Source: Tubulanus polymorphus (taxonomy: Eukaryota; Animalia; Nemertea). From it: 64,000 nucleotides of DNA. The translations under genes were made by a program, and so were the position numbers. Each line of letters opens with the position of its first letter. Position 1 is the first letter of the stretch. Where the stretch lies: contig NC_134034.1 of assembly GCF_964204645.1 (NCBI RefSeq), forward strand, positions 8,010,962-8,074,961. Reading direction: 5' to 3'. The notes beneath the pieces are model-generated. The model had not been told where the DNA came from and did not search any database. It saw only the letters and a program-made list of their open reading frames with translations. Below are positions 61,330-64,000 of this stretch, one piece after another.

Positions 61330-62429
61330 ATGCTTTATTCTCCTCAAGACCTCTTCCGGTCGAATGTAACTCACAATCTTGAATAACACACAGCACGAAA
61401 CGTACAACAACACATAAACACTACAATCACCATAAACAGTTCCATCAATAGTCAGTCCAAATGTTCTTATATTTGTCAGATTTAGAAGTTCGATTAATAA
61501 GTCTAACAATTTCAGCTGCTAAGTCCTCCTTCAAAGTAATTCCCTTTCCTTTAAGTGTCTTTTTGTTAAAAAACAACTTGTCACGGATTTTCCTAGATTT
61601 GAATTTAATTATAATCGCATCTGGGAGTTTATTTACTGTTTCTGTCACTGGTGGGTTCCTTGTCGGGAGGCTGTGAGCGACTTCATGTCTGTAAGTTTGA
61701 ACGTCTCATTTGTCAAATTAAAGTCCGTTTTTAGCCTATCATAAACAACTTGTTTACAGTTTTCGTTTTCGTTTTCGGCCACACTATAGAGCCTAAGGTT
61801 GTGCCGTCTACTGTATTGTTCATTTTGAACGGTTTTTCTTTTTATTTCTAAATTATTGGTCCATTCTTTCGCTGACAGATTTTAACGATTGCGTCTCTTC
61901 GGTATACATGCGGCTCTTCGATTGATTTAAGTTTGTCTATTAAAATTTTGTTTTCTTCTTCTAGATTATAGATTCTTTCTTCTGAACGGAATAGAAAATT
62001 TAAAACATGCTTATTGTGTACCGCTAGTTGTTTAGTTATTATGTCTGTGATCGATAGTTGGAAAGTGTTCACAAACTCTTTAGTTAGCGTATTATCTTGC
62101 ATTTCGACTAGCATTTCAAAGCCATCCCAAATTACACCAACATCTTCATTTACTTCAGTGAGTGTATCTCCGGTAGATTATCTTAATCGCTTAGCTCGTT
62201 TTGCTGCTGGAGTTGCTGATATCGATTTTTCGGATTGGCCAAGAGCAACGGGTGAGCTACCGAATACATTTTAATTTTGTACTGGACCAGGTTCAGATTC
62301 ATTAGGAGAGTTTGTTGATTCATCAGGTTCATTAGATGAATCGGGTCGACTGTGGGTTGTGTAGGTGTCCATTGTATTCTGTTGTATTCCAGACTGCTTG
62401 TTTGGTTTAATTGGTTTGAGTTTATTCAT
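61330..62429 (-). pseudogene. LINE ORF1 (coiled coil plus RRM, L1/Tnp22-like)
   Basis: EERIYNLEEENK, EQYSRRHNLR, AIIIKFKSRKIRD, GITLKEDL; fragmented frames. Confidence 0.75.
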
Positions 62430-62760
62430 TTCGCGTCACTGCTTGTTACTGAGCACTCGCAATTTCACGCATAAACTCTAACAGAAGTTAACGTTATGTT
62501 GTATACACACAAGATTTAGCAGAAGTAAATTCATTTCAACTCATTTCTGTCAAAACTAACTCGTTAGAAGTTTAGATGCATGAAAATATCCGGTTTAGAG
62601 CACGCACAGAAATTCCAAATTCTGTTGAAAATTAGATCTCATGTTCACATTCCTCTCGGCAACATTCCTAAGATTAATCCATTTCTGTTTGAATACTGTA
62701 TGACATAAATTAACTGACAGGATAGCACAGCCTACCAGGACTTTTGGCCATGTTGAATCT

Positions 62761-63954
62761 GAATTAAACCGTGCGCAAGCCCCGTTTCCCATCGGATGAT
62801 ATGGGGTTGTACGCGACTTTTCAATGCTGAATATGTCGCACAGTTCTTTTATCAAATTACTTTCGAAATTAGCTCCTTGATCACATGGATGCGTTAAGGC
62901 ACTCCGAACTTCGAAATAAAAGTTTCGAACAGAACCAGAGCTGCAGTGCGAGCGGACTGATTTCGAGTGGGAACTGCTAGTGCGTATTTAGTAAAGTGGT
63001 CAGCCATAACCAATACATGTTCAATCCTCCTTTACTTTGATCTAGTGTTGAAAAATCTAAACAAAGAACCTCGAGGGGCTCCGAAGTTATAATGGCCACT
63101 AGCGGAGCCTGTTGCACCGGCGTAGAGCTTTTACGCGCTACACAGCGTGTACACGATTTCACATAGAGGTCAACATCCGCTGACATCCCAGGCCAGAAGA
63201 ATCGACTGCGAATTAACGCTAAGGTCTTATCTCTTCTGGATGTCCCATATGATCGTGCAGCATTTCACACACAAATGACATTTCTGACGATGGCAGGACT
63301 ATTCTTAGACGCTCCAATTCAAAGTCTAAATTTCGACGGCAAAGTAAGCCCTCCTGGAGAATGTACTGATTGCCATTTTCGATCAGCACGAGAAGACGGT
63401 CATCTCCCATATCTTTGCAACTGATTTATAATACGACTCAAATCCGCGTTTGCCTCTTGGAGCGAGATCAACTCACGCCTACACACACCTAACCCTTGTA
63501 AATCCGGGACATATTCGCTACTCAAGGGGATTGATGGAAAGTCGGCTGAAAGTGCATGGCATACCGCGTCAACAACAATCGTTGAAACGTGCACGCGGCG
63601 ACTCAACGCATCCGCATCCACGTTACATTTGCCAGACAAGTACTCTAAAGAGAGATCACATATGATCAATGACTGTAACCAGCGATGGTTGGTAGCATCC
63701 ATTTTGGCAGATGACAGGATATATTTGAGGGGGTTGTTATCGGTTTTGACCGTACATTTCTGACCATAAAGGTAATCATAGAACGCGTCAGTTACGGCCC
63801 ACTTTAAAGCCAAGCACTCAAGTTTGTGGACGGCATAATTTCTTTCAGAGTTCGGACGGCAGACCGTAGTTAGCATAAGCGAGTACGGGGTGTTGGGAAA
63901 GGGTATTTTTCAGTTGGTCAAAAGCGTCTTGTTGCGCCTCTCCCCAAATCAACC
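62761..63954 (-). mobile_element. Second Gypsy element: RNase H and integrase N-terminal part (joins 33296)
   Basis: [49 protein letters not shown]; the last continues exactly as STLIQRLG at 33290. Confidence 0.88.
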
Positions 63955-64000
63955 TTTTTAGGCCAGCCGTAGGCTGAGCCTATTACTATACAAATGGAGC

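Larger units (their letters stand above)
33297..62760 (-). mobile_element. Full-length CR1/L2-type LINE inserted in the Gypsy integrase, itself interrupted
   Basis: GAATTA at 33291-33296 and 62761-62766; ORF1, APE endonuclease and RT remnants in the right order; short (AAT)n-like 3' tail. Confidence 0.8.

Overview
AT-rich eukaryotic DNA, most likely from an invertebrate animal (host not identifiable), made almost entirely of nested mobile elements. The left half holds a DIRS tyrosine-recombinase retrotransposon (5385-10818) with its ITRs and ICR, several MITEs, the probable last coding exon of a host gene (12579-13043), an RNase H-bearing LINE fragment, a BEL/Pao remnant and a Gypsy element with its 3' LTR. 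The right half is a nest whose layers can each be delimited by their own target-site duplication (TSD). A Gypsy is split by a full-length CR1/L2-type LINE (33297-62760, TSD GAATTA). The LINE is split by a long-TIR DNA transposon (34875-57790, 9-bp TSD). That transposon contains a 2-kb Maverick-ended mini-element (35051-37101, 6-bp TSD) and a complete 17.7-kb Maverick/Polinton endogenous virus (38984-56727, 6-bp TSD). The Maverick encodes pPolB, minor and major capsid proteins, integrase and packaging ATPase. It also shows three unusual traits: a LAGLIDADG intein in the PolB active-site motif, a poxvirus A2/VLTF-3-like late transcription factor, and a poxvirus-late-promoter-like motif (T-tract...TAAATG) at nearly every gene start. 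Together these suggest a virophage-like parasite of a pox-like virus (inference). All family assignments come from motif recognition by eye; no database searches were run.
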